Assembly: GCA_905373475.1 (NCBI GenBank)
Contig: CAJPTC010000008.1
Location: forward strand, 490 to 64,489
DNA: 64,000 nucleotides
From: Bacteroidia bacterium
GTDB lineage: Bacteria > Bacteroidota > Bacteroidia > Bacteroidales > CAJPTX01
Reading direction: 5' to 3'
The translations under genes were made by a program, and so were the position numbers. A model generated the notes under the pieces. The model was given only the letters and a program-made list of their open reading frames with translations, had not been told where the DNA came from and did no database searches. Below, one piece after another: positions 48,729 through 58,394 of this stretch (its first letter is position 1; each line of letters opens with the position of its first letter).

Positions 48729-50657
48729 CTACTCGCTTTTTTCCAGCTGCTCTAACAACGCCTCGTTCACTACTATTTTGTACTGTTTACGCAAGTCGGT
48801 AAGCCAACGCTGCTCCTCTTCTATCTGATAGTAACGTTGTAATTCGCCGCGCGATTCATCTAAACTTTTGGGCACATTCTTGCGCACCTCCGTTACACGA
48901 AAAAAGAAGGAGCGATTGCCATGCGCTAGAATCATACTGCACACCCCATCCCACTCTACAGGACTGGGGCTCTTGTGTATTTTGCCATAGTCGGAAAAAT
49001 ACGATGTACCTGCTTCATAGTTCGATACTCGGAGTGTTATAGAATCGCGCAACAACTCTTTCTTGGAGGGTTTATTCTTGAGCGATGGACACAACTTTAT
49101 ATGAAGCGCCGACAATTTTTTTACATCGCTTGTCGTGCTGTATTCCTCCACGTGCAAGCGTTCGGCGAATACCAATTCCTTCTTATATTTTTTATACAAA
49201 GACTTGTAGACTGACTCTGGCGGATTGGTCTGCCACAATTTCGTTTCGCTTATATCAAAGAGGAGCAAGCCATCATAAAATTCATGCAACAGATAATCGA
49301 GCTGCGGATTAGCGGCACGTACCTCACGCTCGCAATAAGCAAATGCAGTATCGTCTAACAGATGCTTAGCAGCACGCATTAGCGCATCCCTGTCAAAAGC
49401 GATTTTGTTTTCAACAACATAATCATACAATACCGATAACGGCAATTCTTGCCCCGTGGCTCCTATGTGCGCAAAAGGACGAACAAGCAATGTCGGTGCA
49501 GGACGTACACTGTCATTCTTCCCTACCAATGTAGACACTGCTTCTTCATCCAAACTGGCTTTTGCACGATCTAGCATTGTATTTACCAGTGCATCATGCC
49601 CTTCTAGCTCAATGCCAACGCGCTGTAAACTACGACGGATTGTTTCGCGAGCCTCCTCATAACTACCTACACTGTCTTTTCGGAGTCGCTTGATCAAATG
49701 CCACCCGAAGCGCGTCCGAACGGGTTCAGAGATATCACCATCACGCTTGAGAGCAAAAGCGGCATCAGCAAAGGAAGCGGGGAAACGCCCCGTTGTGACT
49801 GGCGGCAACAATCCCTTTGCAGCGGCAGAGTTTGCGTCTTGGCTGAAGTCTTGAACAAGGTTGAAAAAACTTTCTCCGCTATCCAGTATACGCGAACGAA
49901 TGAGGAGCATAGTATCGCGAATTTCGCGGTCACGTTCGGGTGAAATGGGTTCTCGTGCTACGCGGAAAATATGCGCAACGGTTAGCGAACCCCGATCAGG
50001 TCGCCTATTGTTCACGCGGATAAGATGATAACCAAAACTGGTACGCACGGGAAGCGATATGGAGTCAACTGGGGTATTATAGGCAGCAAGCTCGAAAGGA
50101 TATACCATAGTAGATGCGCCAAAAAAGCCCAAATTTCCCCCATTGGTGGCAGCAGATGGGTCATCGCTAACTGCGCGAGCTAAACTGTCAAAAGAGACAC
50201 CATGAAGGAGACGTTGACGCAATTCAAGTGCTCGGTTGTAAACCACACTATCCTCGGAGTCAGCGGGTACACTCAGCAGAATATGCGAGGCGTCTACTTC
50301 CCATTTCATACGTTCGTAGGCAGCATGGTAGAGACGTTCGCGCTCAGCACTATCCAAGAAATAAGGAGTTAGCTGTACATCGCGGTACTGCTGATACTCA
50401 TTCAAAAACGAACTCCGCTTCTGTAACCCCTGCGCCTTGGCATCTAGAACCTTCAAACGATAATTGGTGTACGTCTCTAGAAAAGAGCGCATCGTTTCTG
50501 GCTTAGACTCGCCTTTGTACGAGTTATGTTTGCGCCATAAATAAAGGAATTCGTCGGCAGAAATACTATCGCCGCCCACCACCAAGAGAGGCTGTTCGGC
50601 TGCATGAACCAACGTTACAAGAAAAGAGGAAAGCAACAAAGAGAGAAGCCAACGCAT
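48729..50657 (-). CDS. Parvulin-type peptidyl-prolyl isomerase (two PpiC domains)
   Basis: It has a signal peptide and two parvulin cores (SFGYHLIRV and RFGWHLIK). Confidence 0.8.
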   Translation of the reverse strand: MRWLLSLLLSSFLVTLVHAAEQPLLVVGGDSISADEFLYLWRKHNSYKGESKPETMRSFLETYTNYRLKVLDAKAQGLQKRSSFLNEYQQYRDVQLTPYFLDSAERERLYHAAYERMKWEVDASHILLSVPADSEDSVVYNRALELRQRLLHGVSFDSLARAVSDDPSAATNGGNLGFFGASTMVYPFELAAYNTPVDSISLPVRTSFGYHLIRVNNRRPDRGSLTVAHIFRVAREPISPERDREIRDTMLLIRSRILDSGESFFNLVQDFSQDANSAAAKGLLPPVTTGRFPASFADAAFALKRDGDISEPVRTRFGWHLIKRLRKDSVGSYEEARETIRRSLQRVGIELEGHDALVNTMLDRAKASLDEEAVSTLVGKNDSVRPAPTLLVRPFAHIGATGQELPLSVLYDYVVENKIAFDRDALMRAAKHLLDDTAFAYCEREVRAANPQLDYLLHEFYDGLLLFDISETKLWQTNPPESVYKSLYKKYKKELVFAERLHVEEYSTTSDVKKLSALHIKLCPSLKNKPSKKELLRDSITLRVSNYEAGTSYFSDYGKIHKSPSPVEWDGVCSMILAHGNRSFFFRVTEVRKNVPKSLDESRGELQRYYQIEEEQRWLTDLRKQYKIVVNEALLEQLEKSE

Positions 50658-50724
50658 AGAATAAAATAATTTCGATTCGCCCGTGAAATACCACTCACAC
50701 CCACTACTAAGAACTCAAATAACG

Positions 50725-50944
50725 GCAGAGGGTGTGGCAAAACTACCGCTGCGCTGCACATACGGTAGGAATATCAATTCCCGACCCGATAATCGGGGAA
50801 GGCGTACCCGTCCCTGCGCGAAAGAAAAGTCTGGTAGCTACCAGACAAAACACCAACGAAAGGACTAGGTTACGCATCAAGAACGCGAGCACCTCGTTCA
50901 CAGAACGATTTGCAAGTCTTTTGGAGTTTTGCCACACCCTCTGC
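50725..50944. repeat. 220-bp intergenic element bounded by perfect 20-bp inverted repeats
   Basis: GCAGAGGGTGTGGCAAAACT at 50725-50744 is the exact reverse complement of 50925-50944. The interior holds the perfect 18-nt palindrome GTCTGGTAGCTACCAGAC (50829-50846) and a CTACCG...CGGTAG hairpin (50743-50768). Confidence 0.85.
50738..50745 (-). promoter_or_regulatory. Candidate -7 promoter box for the parvulin/SurA/OstA operon
   Basis: The minus strand reads TAGTTTTG, which fits TAnnTTTG. It straddles the inner edge of the left inverted repeat, about 80 nt upstream of the ATG at 50657. Confidence 0.3.
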
Positions 50945-50994
50945 ACAACTAGTTCTCTATAAAGTACGCGCGAGAGGCGTAAAAATTTTATTCG

Positions 50995-52473
50995 TTAGAT
51001 GGAGTGTCGCGAATAGTTCGGGGCTTCACTCGTGATGGTAACATCGTGCGGATGGCTCTCCAATATGCCCGCGTTACTAATACGAACAAACTTCGCCTGT
51101 TTCAATGCCTCCAGATCCTTAGCACCACAATAGCCCATACCAGCACGTAAACCGCCTACTAACTGATAGACCACTTCACTCAATGTACCAACGTAGGGTA
51201 CACGTGCCGCAATGCCTTCGGGTACTAGTTTCTTGATGTCCTCTTCTACATCTTGGAAGTAACGATCCTTCGATCCTTGTTGCATAGCTTCCAAAGAGCC
51301 CATGCCTCGATAGGATTTATAGCGACGTCCGTTGTAAAGTATCGTTTCGCCAGGCGACTCTTCAACTCCCGCAAACATAGACCCCATCATCACGCTATCT
51401 GCTCCAGCCGCAAGCGCCTTGACCATATCGCCCGAATAACGGATGCCCCCATCAGCGATCAGTGTTACATCAGAGCCCTTAAGAGCCGTAGCCACGTTGT
51501 GAATAGCATCTAATTGCGGTACACCGACCCCTGCTATTACGCGCGTAGTACAAATAGAACCTGGACCGATTCCGACTTTTACAGTATCAGCACCCGCTTT
51601 GGCTAAAGCTTTTGCAGCCTCACCAGTCGCAATATTCCCCACAACAATGAGCAAATTGGGGTATGCTGCACGCACCTTACGTAGCGTCTCGATCACATAC
51701 TTCGAATGCCCGTGCGCCGTGTCAATCACAATTACGTCGACCTCGGAAGCAACAAGAGCCGCCACACGGTCGAGCGTATCGCGTGTCACACCAACGCCAG
51801 CCGCTGCTAAAAGACGTCCCTTCTTATCTTTACTCGCTAACGGGTTGATGCTTAGCTTGGTTATATCTTTGTAGGTGAGTAGCCCTCTGAGGCACCCCTT
51901 CTCATCTACTACAGGCAGCTTTTCAATTTTTTCATTACGAAGAATTTCAGCCGCCTTAGCCAAATCGGTATTAAGCCCCGTGGTTATAAGGGGCATGGGA
52001 GTCATCACCTCATATATGGGTCTGCGCAGATCTTCTTGGAAACGCAAGTCGCGATTTGTAACAATACCTTGGAGAATACGATCGTCGTTGACTACGGGGA
52101 TACCGCCTATATGGTAGTCGTGCATCAACTTGAGCGCCTCGCCCACTGTCTGTTCGGGTTGAATGGTTACTGGGTCGTAAATCATGCCATTCTCAGCGCG
52201 TTTTACCTCTCGCACTTGTTGCGCTTGCGCTTCAATAGACATGTTTTTGTGTATTACTCCCAATCCTCCAGCACGCGCCATGCCTATCGCCATTTTTGCC
52301 TCCGTAACGGTATCCATGGCGGCACTTAACAGGGGGAGTGAAAGATGGAGATCCCGCGCAAAGCGGGTCGAGAGGTTCACCTCGCGAGGCAACACTTCCG
52401 AGTATGCTGGCACTAGCAACACGTCGTCGAAAGTGAGACCTTCATATATTACACGATCGCTTAAAAATGACAT
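50995..52473 (-). CDS. guaB: IMP dehydrogenase
   Basis: It has [10 protein letters not shown], a CBS pair, the catalytic loop [11 protein letters not shown] and GGIRYSGD. The ATG at 52473 is preferred, because the TTG at 52497 lies inside the candidate promoter box. Confidence 0.92.
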   Translation of the reverse strand: MSFLSDRVIYEGLTFDDVLLVPAYSEVLPREVNLSTRFARDLHLSLPLLSAAMDTVTEAKMAIGMARAGGLGVIHKNMSIEAQAQQVREVKRAENGMIYDPVTIQPEQTVGEALKLMHDYHIGGIPVVNDDRILQGIVTNRDLRFQEDLRRPIYEVMTPMPLITTGLNTDLAKAAEILRNEKIEKLPVVDEKGCLRGLLTYKDITKLSINPLASKDKKGRLLAAAGVGVTRDTLDRVAALVASEVDVIVIDTAHGHSKYVIETLRKVRAAYPNLLIVVGNIATGEAAKALAKAGADTVKVGIGPGSICTTRVIAGVGVPQLDAIHNVATALKGSDVTLIADGGIRYSGDMVKALAAGADSVMMGSMFAGVEESPGETILYNGRRYKSYRGMGSLEAMQQGSKDRYFQDVEEDIKKLVPEGIAARVPYVGTLSEVVYQLVGGLRAGMGYCGAKDLEALKQAKFVRISNAGILESHPHDVTITSEAPNYSRHSI

Positions 52474-52494
52474 TTCCCACACCTTTTCGTTTCG

Positions 52495-52502
52495 CAAAGT
52501 TA
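52495..52502 (-). promoter_or_regulatory. Candidate -7 promoter box for guaB
   Basis: The minus strand reads TAACTTTG, which fits TAnnTTTG. It lies 21 nt upstream of the ATG at 52473. Confidence 0.35.
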
Positions 52503-52642
52503 ACGAAAAATCAAACGACTCTTAAAAGCTAGAGAAGCGAGCGAGCCTACTCGTGTTAGCATAGGAAGGAACATTACATTGGCTCTTTCGTAATAGAAAA
52601 CGAGAAAACAAACTTTTGTTAAACTAATAAGGGTAGAAAACA

Positions 52643-53035
52643 ATGTCTTTCGTAAAAGAGTTCAAGGAATTTGCCATTAAGGGCAATGTAATGGACATGG
52701 CTGTCGGTGTTATCATTGGCGGCGCATTTGGAAAAATTGTAACATCGTTGGTAGGCGATGTGCTTATGCCTATCATTGGTATCTTTACAGGGGGGATAGA
52801 CTTTTCAGGGCTTGCCGTTACAATTGGCTCAGCTGAGATTAAGTACGGGATGTTCATTCAGAACATCTTTGATTTCTTGATCATTGCCCTCTGTATTTTC
52901 CTCATGATTAAGGGGATGAACAGCTTGAAAAAGAAAGAAAAGGAAGCACCAGTAGAAGAACCTGCACCCGCAGAACCGTCTAACGAAGAGAAATTGTTAG
53001 CTGAAATCCGCGACCTTCTACAGCAGAAGCAATAG
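52643..53035 (+). CDS. mscL: Large-conductance mechanosensitive channel
   Basis: The 130-aa product reads [27 protein letters not shown]..., the canonical MscL N-terminus and TM1. Confidence 0.9.
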   Translation: MSFVKEFKEFAIKGNVMDMAVGVIIGGAFGKIVTSLVGDVLMPIIGIFTGGIDFSGLAVTIGSAEIKYGMFIQNIFDFLIIALCIFLMIKGMNSLKKKEKEAPVEEPAPAEPSNEEKLLAEIRDLLQQKQ

Positions 53036-53143
53036 AAAAGATTCTTTCAAAAAGCACTCAAGGAGCGAGGATAGCATTCCCATTTGTTGATAATGGCTAT
53101 CTTTGCGCTCAGTTCGCTCGCCTATTTTAGGCAACGCGGACGG

Positions 53144-53217
53144 GGTCCAGTAGCTCAGTTGGATAGAGCAACAGCCTTCTAAGCTGTGGGTCGTGGGTTC
53201 GAATCCCGCCTGGATCA
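53144..53217 (+). tRNA. tRNA-Arg (anticodon TCT)
   Basis: I folded the cloverleaf by hand. The acceptor stem is GGTCCAG/CTGGATC. The D arm is GCTC-AGTTGGATA-GAGC. The anticodon arm is ACAGC-CTTCTAA-GCTGT, with TCT at positions 34-36. The T arm is GTGGG-TTCGAAT-CCCGC. The discriminator is A and no CCA is encoded. Confidence 0.9.
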
Positions 53218-53300
53218 CTTACAAGTAACCTAATAGCTCCACACAAAGCTTTGTGACATACAGCCGAGACAACTAAAAAACGACGGGAGGGCAAAACTTC

Positions 53301-53918
53301 ATGAAAGTCTTTTACAAATTCTTGCCACTCCTTTTTTTGGTTTCCGTTTTTTGCCTCGGAAATAACAAACTTTGGGGGCAGGCGATCCCCCTCACCGAGG
53401 GTGGTTACCTCGTCAAAGGGTATCAAATTTCGGGGGACTCAATCCCCTACATCCCCATCCGCGAAGTTGTAATTTTTCGTCAGCGCGTTTTCAAGAATAA
53501 ACGTGACTATGAGAATTACTGGCGGCTTGTGCGTAACCTCAAGAAAGTCTATCCGTATGCGCTCGTGGCTCGGGCAAAGTTCCGCGAAATAGACTCTGTG
53601 TGCGCTACACTCGATTCAGAATTTGCACGACGCCGCTATGTAGCCAAAGTGCAACGAGAATTGAGCAAAGAATTTGAAAGTCAGCTCAAAGAACTAACTT
53701 TTTCGCAGGGACGTCTTCTGTTCAAACTCATAGACCGCGAAACGGGACGTACTACGTACGAAATAATCCGACAATTCCGTGGAGGTCTAACAGCGATGTT
53801 TTGGCAAGGCGTTGCTACTGTTTTCAGCTCGGATCTTAAGACGAAATTCGATAATGAGACCGAGGAAAACAAACTCATCAACGAGCTTATTATCGAATAC
53901 GAGCACGGGCAGCTGTAG
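53301..53918 (+). CDS. DUF4294-like secreted protein
   Basis: It has a signal peptide and conserved-looking VYPYA and GRTTYEIIRQFRG blocks. The family assignment is from memory. Confidence 0.5.
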   Translation: MKVFYKFLPLLFLVSVFCLGNNKLWGQAIPLTEGGYLVKGYQISGDSIPYIPIREVVIFRQRVFKNKRDYENYWRLVRNLKKVYPYALVARAKFREIDSVCATLDSEFARRRYVAKVQRELSKEFESQLKELTFSQGRLLFKLIDRETGRTTYEIIRQFRGGLTAMFWQGVATVFSSDLKTKFDNETEENKLINELIIEYEHGQL

Positions 53919-53950
53919 TTCGTGTGGCTTTTTAGCAAACCATTGCGCAT

Positions 53951-53973
53951 AAAAAAAGCGCCCTCACGGGCGC
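53951..53973 (-). terminator. Terminator after the oxidoreductase operon (possibly bidirectional)
   Basis: The stem GCGCCC/GGGCGC with a 4-nt loop is followed by TTTTTTT on the minus strand. Confidence 0.55.
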
Positions 53974-53997
53974 TCTTTGCAAACTAAAAAGCAACTT

Positions 53998-54543
53998 TTA
54001 GCTTAGTTTCTCCAGAATCTCCATACCACGGCGGATAGCTTGCTCATTCATTGGGATTAGATTATGGTGACGTGCAGGCAGGGATTTCTGCAAGCCTTTC
54101 ACCACATTGTCCATATCCACGATAGGCTTCACCTTCAGGAACGCACCCAAAACAATCATATTGAAAGTCTTAGAGTTGTTCATCGCCGTAGCCTCATCTG
54201 TAGCTTTTACCGAATAAATAGCAATATCCTTACGCTTGGGAGGATTTGAAATTCCGTTGGGGTCGAAAATCAACGTTCCACCTGGCTTTACACGCGACTC
54301 AAACTTGTCTAACGACTGCTGATTGAGCACTATTACCGTGTCAAATTCCTGAATCACGGGAGAACTGATTCGCGAATCGCTCAAGATAACCGTCACATTC
54401 GCAGTACCACCTCGCATTTCAGGTCCATAACTCGGCATCCAAGCAACTTCTTGTCCTTGCATAATCCCTGAGTAAGCTAATATCTTACCCATAGAGAGGA
54501 CACCTTGACCACCGAAACCTGCTATAATAATCTCTTCTGTCAT
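53998..54543 (-). CDS. 2-oxoacid:ferredoxin oxidoreductase gamma subunit
   Basis: The 181-aa product has the GFGGQGV motif typical of POR/KOR/VOR gamma subunits. Confidence 0.85.
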   Translation of the reverse strand: MTEEIIIAGFGGQGVLSMGKILAYSGIMQGQEVAWMPSYGPEMRGGTANVTVILSDSRISSPVIQEFDTVIVLNQQSLDKFESRVKPGGTLIFDPNGISNPPKRKDIAIYSVKATDEATAMNNSKTFNMIVLGAFLKVKPIVDMDNVVKGLQKSLPARHHNLIPMNEQAIRRGMEILEKLS

Positions 54544-54566
54544 CTCTTATGTCTCCTCCTTACGGA

Positions 54567-55328
54567 TTAATTGTCCTTCAATGTACCTGGTTTGTAAATG
54601 GGGAAGAGGTTCTGTACCATCCACTCATTTGCCTGTACAGGGGTCATTTTCCAACCAGAGTTGCAAGTCGATACCACTTCTATAAACGAGGTACCCTTCT
54701 TCGCTTTAGTATTTTCAAACCCTTTGTGAATAGCCTTACGCAACTTTGCGATGGCTGCTGGCGTATGTGCCGAGTGGCGAGCCACAAAGCACGTACCTGG
54801 CAACTGGGCAATTAGCTCTGTAATGATAAGAGGCGAACCAACCATCTTTACATCGCGACCGAAAGGACTCGTTGCAGTCTTCATGTCTGGCAACGTCGTA
54901 GGTGCCATCTGCCCCCCTGTCATACCATAAATGGCATTGTTGATGAATATGACCAACATATTCTCGCCACGGTTGCAGGCATGAATGATCTCGGCTGTAC
55001 CAATGGAGGCCAAGTCGCCGTCTCCTTGGTATGCGAAAACCATCTTATCAGGGCGCAAACGCGAAATAGCGGTTGCAAGTGCTGGTGCACGTCCGTGAGC
55101 CGCTTCCTGCCAGTCTATATCAATATAATTGTACGCCAAAACCGCACAACCTACAGGGCTTACCCCTATTACATCTTCCTGAATCCCAGTTGCTTCAATT
55201 TCCTCTGCGATCAACTTGTGTACTACGCCGTGGGTGCAACCAGGACAATAGTGCATTACGTTGTCGGTGAGAAGCTTCGAACGGGAGTAGACCTTTTGTC
55301 CGAGCTGTTTTATCTCTGCTGCATTCAT
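54567..55328 (-). CDS. 2-oxoacid:ferredoxin oxidoreductase beta subunit (TPP-binding)
   Basis: It has CPGCTHG and the TPP motif YQGDGDLASIG. Confidence 0.85.
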   Translation of the reverse strand: MNAAEIKQLGQKVYSRSKLLTDNVMHYCPGCTHGVVHKLIAEEIEATGIQEDVIGVSPVGCAVLAYNYIDIDWQEAAHGRAPALATAISRLRPDKMVFAYQGDGDLASIGTAEIIHACNRGENMLVIFINNAIYGMTGGQMAPTTLPDMKTATSPFGRDVKMVGSPLIITELIAQLPGTCFVARHSAHTPAAIAKLRKAIHKGFENTKAKKGTSFIEVVSTCNSGWKMTPVQANEWMVQNLFPIYKPGTLKDN

Positions 55329-55344
55329 CGTCTAGTATCTCCTC

Positions 55345-56427
55345 CTATTGCTTCATAAAATCTTTCATAGCCTCAAGTACTTCGTTTGGGCTGGGGATCA
55401 TACCTCCCATACGTCCGAAATGTACTACTGGCACTTTACCATTTACAGCAAGCTTTACATCTTCAACCATCTGCCCAGCACTCATCTCAACCGACATGAA
55501 GCCTTTGGCATGCGATAAATGCTTCTGGATAACTTTCACGGGGAATGGGAATAGCGTGATGGGGCGAATAAGCCCAATCTTGAGCCCTGCTTCTCTAGCC
55601 AAGTCTACCGTTTTTTGGCAAATACGACTAGAAGAGCCGTATGCCACTAAGATATAATCGGCATCCTCGGTCTGGAACTCTTCGTAACGAACTTCGTTTT
55701 CTTCAATCGTACGGTACTTGGCTTGCAACTTCTGATTGAACTTTTCTTGCCGACCTGGGTCAAGCTCCAACGAAGTAACAACATTGCGGTTACGCGTCTT
55801 GGGTTTCCCAGTGGTAGCCCAATCGCCATATTTCTCTGCAATTTCTTCGTTCGTGAGGCGAGGCTGATAATCTGCAAGTTTTACCTTTTCCATCATCTGT
55901 CCGATCACCCCGTCGCAAAGCATCATTACAGGAGTACGATACTTGAAAGCTAGTTCAAAGCTCAAAAAGACAAAATCGTGCATATCTTGCACCGAAGCGG
56001 GAGCTAACACAATCATGTGGTAGTCTCCGTGTCCGCCGCCTTTTACAGCTTGAAAATAGTCACTCTGCGAAGGTTGAATAGTCCCTAAACCAGGACCACC
56101 ACGCATCACGTTGACAATGAGACAGGGTAACTCTGCACCAGCGATGTAGGTTATCCCCTCCTGCTTCAAGCTTATACCAGGGCTGGAAGACGAGGTCATA
56201 ACCCTCTTCCCACAAGACGCTCCGCCGTAGACCATATTGATAGCCGCGACTTCGCTTTCTGCTTGTAAAACAACCATCCCCGTCTCTTTCCAAGGTTGAC
56301 GCAATTCCAACGTCTCAAGGACTTCTGACTGGGGAGTTATGGGGTATCCGAAGTACCCGTCGCAACCACAACGGATGGCTGCTTCGGCGATGACTTCATT
56401 CCCCTTCATGAGCGTATATTCCGACAT
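55345..56427 (-). CDS. 2-oxoacid:ferredoxin oxidoreductase alpha subunit
   Basis: It reads MKGNEVIAEAAIRCG...GYPITPQSE. An ATG at 56427 is preferred over the start of the maximal ORF at 56487, which would overlap the delta subunit gene. Confidence 0.85.
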   Translation of the reverse strand: MSEYTLMKGNEVIAEAAIRCGCDGYFGYPITPQSEVLETLELRQPWKETGMVVLQAESEVAAINMVYGGASCGKRVMTSSSSPGISLKQEGITYIAGAELPCLIVNVMRGGPGLGTIQPSQSDYFQAVKGGGHGDYHMIVLAPASVQDMHDFVFLSFELAFKYRTPVMMLCDGVIGQMMEKVKLADYQPRLTNEEIAEKYGDWATTGKPKTRNRNVVTSLELDPGRQEKFNQKLQAKYRTIEENEVRYEEFQTEDADYILVAYGSSSRICQKTVDLAREAGLKIGLIRPITLFPFPVKVIQKHLSHAKGFMSVEMSAGQMVEDVKLAVNGKVPVVHFGRMGGMIPSPNEVLEAMKDFMKQ

Positions 56428-56465
56428 TCTCACTACTCCTTTCCTTCTATTATACTCCGTGGCGG

Positions 56466-56693
56466 CTAGGATACTTTTGCGCGCCAAACCTCGATGACAC
56501 TATCAGGGCACACCTGCGCACAACTCTCACAACCTACGCAATCGTCTGGGCGAGCCATGTAACTGTAATGATACCCCTTCGCGTTGACCTCGTGCGTCAT
56601 TTCCAGTACCTTCGTAGGACACGCTACTACACAAAGGACACACCCCTTGCAGCGCTCTGTGTCTACCTCGATCGTACCTACCATCTTTGCCAT
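56466..56693 (-). CDS. 2-oxoacid:ferredoxin oxidoreductase delta subunit (2x[4Fe-4S] ferredoxin)
   Basis: It has two cluster motifs, CKGCVLCVVACP and CVGCESCAQVCP. Confidence 0.8.
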   Translation of the reverse strand: MAKMVGTIEVDTERCKGCVLCVVACPTKVLEMTHEVNAKGYHYSYMARPDDCVGCESCAQVCPDSVIEVWRAKVS

Positions 56694-56751
56694 TACTCTA
56701 CCTCCTTATCTTATCTCAGGTAATCGAATTCTTTATGCAAATCCGGTTACT

Positions 56752-58122
56752 CTATTTCGTTTTCAAAATTGCACTCACGGCTTCGTCAAAACTTGCCAAA
56801 CGACCGCCTAATTCAGACAGCTGCTTCTCCGTAATTTGCGACACGCAAGCACGTAAACCTTCGGCGTGCTCACTGCCCGTACTGCCGAGCGAGATGGCAC
56901 TTATGCCAAAGCATAGCAAGTAGTGTAGCAAACCATTGCCATCTAGCTTCGGATAGCGCACAGTAAAATAAAAACCATCGGCAAGCGGCAAATCGCCATC
57001 GGCATCGTATACTAGTTCAAAACCATGTTTTAAGAAAAGCTCCTTCATGATTTTCGCACGACGCCCATACTCGCGTACATCCGCTACAAAATCATACTTA
57101 CCTTCGTTAGCCGCTTTCAGCAGTGCAGCAAAACCATGCTGTACACTACCAGCTACCCCAGAAGACAAGCCATACATTGCCCCATAAACCAATGCGCGCC
57201 CGAGTTTGCTACTTGGGAAACAACGTAACAGGTCGGGGAACTCTCTTTGGAAGAGCGAATTGTTTACGACAATACAACCAATTCGCTGCCCTGCGTAACT
57301 GAATGCTTTTGAACTGGATATCAACATAATCCAGTTATTCGTGTACTGCGCTACGCTCGCTTGATAAGGGGGAACACCCGGGTGTGAAAGATCTTTGCGG
57401 AAATCCATCGCAAAGTAGGCAAGATCTTCAATCAGCGGGACATCATACTGCTCTGATAGGCGAGCCAGCTCCTTCAATTCGTCTTCAGTAAGACAAATCC
57501 ACGATGGATTATTGGGGTTGGAATAAAGAATAGCACTCGTACGTCCCTGCTTGAGGTAGCTTTCTATCTTTTCTCCTAGTTTTGCGCCACGATAGGAATA
57601 CGCATCAAATGTATCATATTCCATACCCAAGAGCTTTAGCTGTGACTTTTGAACAGGGAAACCTGGATCAATGAAAAGGACACGATCTCTATCCTTTTTC
57701 AGACGATTTACGAGAAGAAAACTTGCCATTCCTCCTTGCATTGATCCCACGCAAGGTAAGCAGCATTCGGGGGCAACATCCACTCCAATGAAGTTCTTCA
57801 CGAAGCGAGCCATTTCCTCCTTAAGTTCTGGGATTCCTTCTACGGGAGGATACTTTCTTGCCACCCCTTCCTTAAGAGCCTTTATTTCGGCCTCTGCGCC
57901 GATATGCGACGGCTCAAGACCAGGGACGCCCATCTCCATGTGTATAAACTCGACGCCCGTTCTTTTTTCAAGATTGTTTGCGAGTCTGACCAATTCACGG
58001 ATTGTAGCTTTCGTCAAATCATTGACTCCGAGCTGCGCCATCTCCTCTGCTATGGTAGTCTCGCTAATCAGAAGTGCCCCTTCCGTACTCATTCCTACAA
58101 GCTCACTAACCTTCTTATCCAT
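56752..58122 (-). CDS. Class I/II PLP-dependent aminotransferase
   Basis: The 456-aa product has NPNNPS and the PLP-lysine block SSSKAFSYAGQRIG. Confidence 0.8.
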   Translation of the reverse strand: MDKKVSELVGMSTEGALLISETTIAEEMAQLGVNDLTKATIRELVRLANNLEKRTGVEFIHMEMGVPGLEPSHIGAEAEIKALKEGVARKYPPVEGIPELKEEMARFVKNFIGVDVAPECCLPCVGSMQGGMASFLLVNRLKKDRDRVLFIDPGFPVQKSQLKLLGMEYDTFDAYSYRGAKLGEKIESYLKQGRTSAILYSNPNNPSWICLTEDELKELARLSEQYDVPLIEDLAYFAMDFRKDLSHPGVPPYQASVAQYTNNWIMLISSSKAFSYAGQRIGCIVVNNSLFQREFPDLLRCFPSSKLGRALVYGAMYGLSSGVAGSVQHGFAALLKAANEGKYDFVADVREYGRRAKIMKELFLKHGFELVYDADGDLPLADGFYFTVRYPKLDGNGLLHYLLCFGISAISLGSTGSEHAEGLRACVSQITEKQLSELGGRLASFDEAVSAILKTK

Positions 58123-58336
58123 CTCTCACACTACAATATTAAGTAACATTTCCTCTCTAGAGAAAGCAAATTACTACGGAAGTTACAGTTTATAACTAGT
58201 AAAAGTTATATTAACCTCTAAGTTAAACAATATTAGCCATTTATCCGATCATAAGTCTAAGATGCGATCTCACAAGTTATAACGAAAATAAAGAAGAACA
58301 TAGGGAAATAGTAAGATAAAAACACGCGCGACGCAT

Positions 58337-58369
58337 AAAAAAAGAGAGGCACTGCAAGAGCACCTCTCT
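58337..58369 (-). terminator. Probable terminator after the giant surface-protein gene
   Basis: The stem AGAGAGG/CCTCTCT is followed by a T run on the minus strand. Confidence 0.5.
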
Positions 58370-58394
58370 TTAACAAAAAGGACTACAGATTTTG

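Noticed and set aside
50683-50962. ORFs 50683..50868, 50732..50962 (+) and 50743..50946 (-) considered as small proteins
   Set aside because: They coincide with the inverted-repeat element and are open on both strands only because of its symmetry. Their products are unremarkable, Arg/Cys-rich sequences.
52474-52642. A purine riboswitch upstream of guaB
   Set aside because: The guaB-mscL spacer is only about 170 nt. A good -7 box sits 21 nt from the guaB ATG, leaving no room for an aptamer. I saw no purine-riboswitch conserved core.
53018-53426. Minus-strand ORFs 53018..53218 and 53127..53426
   Set aside because: They run across the tRNA-Arg gene and the mscL and DUF4294 flanks, so the tRNA cloverleaf explains the conservation-like signal.
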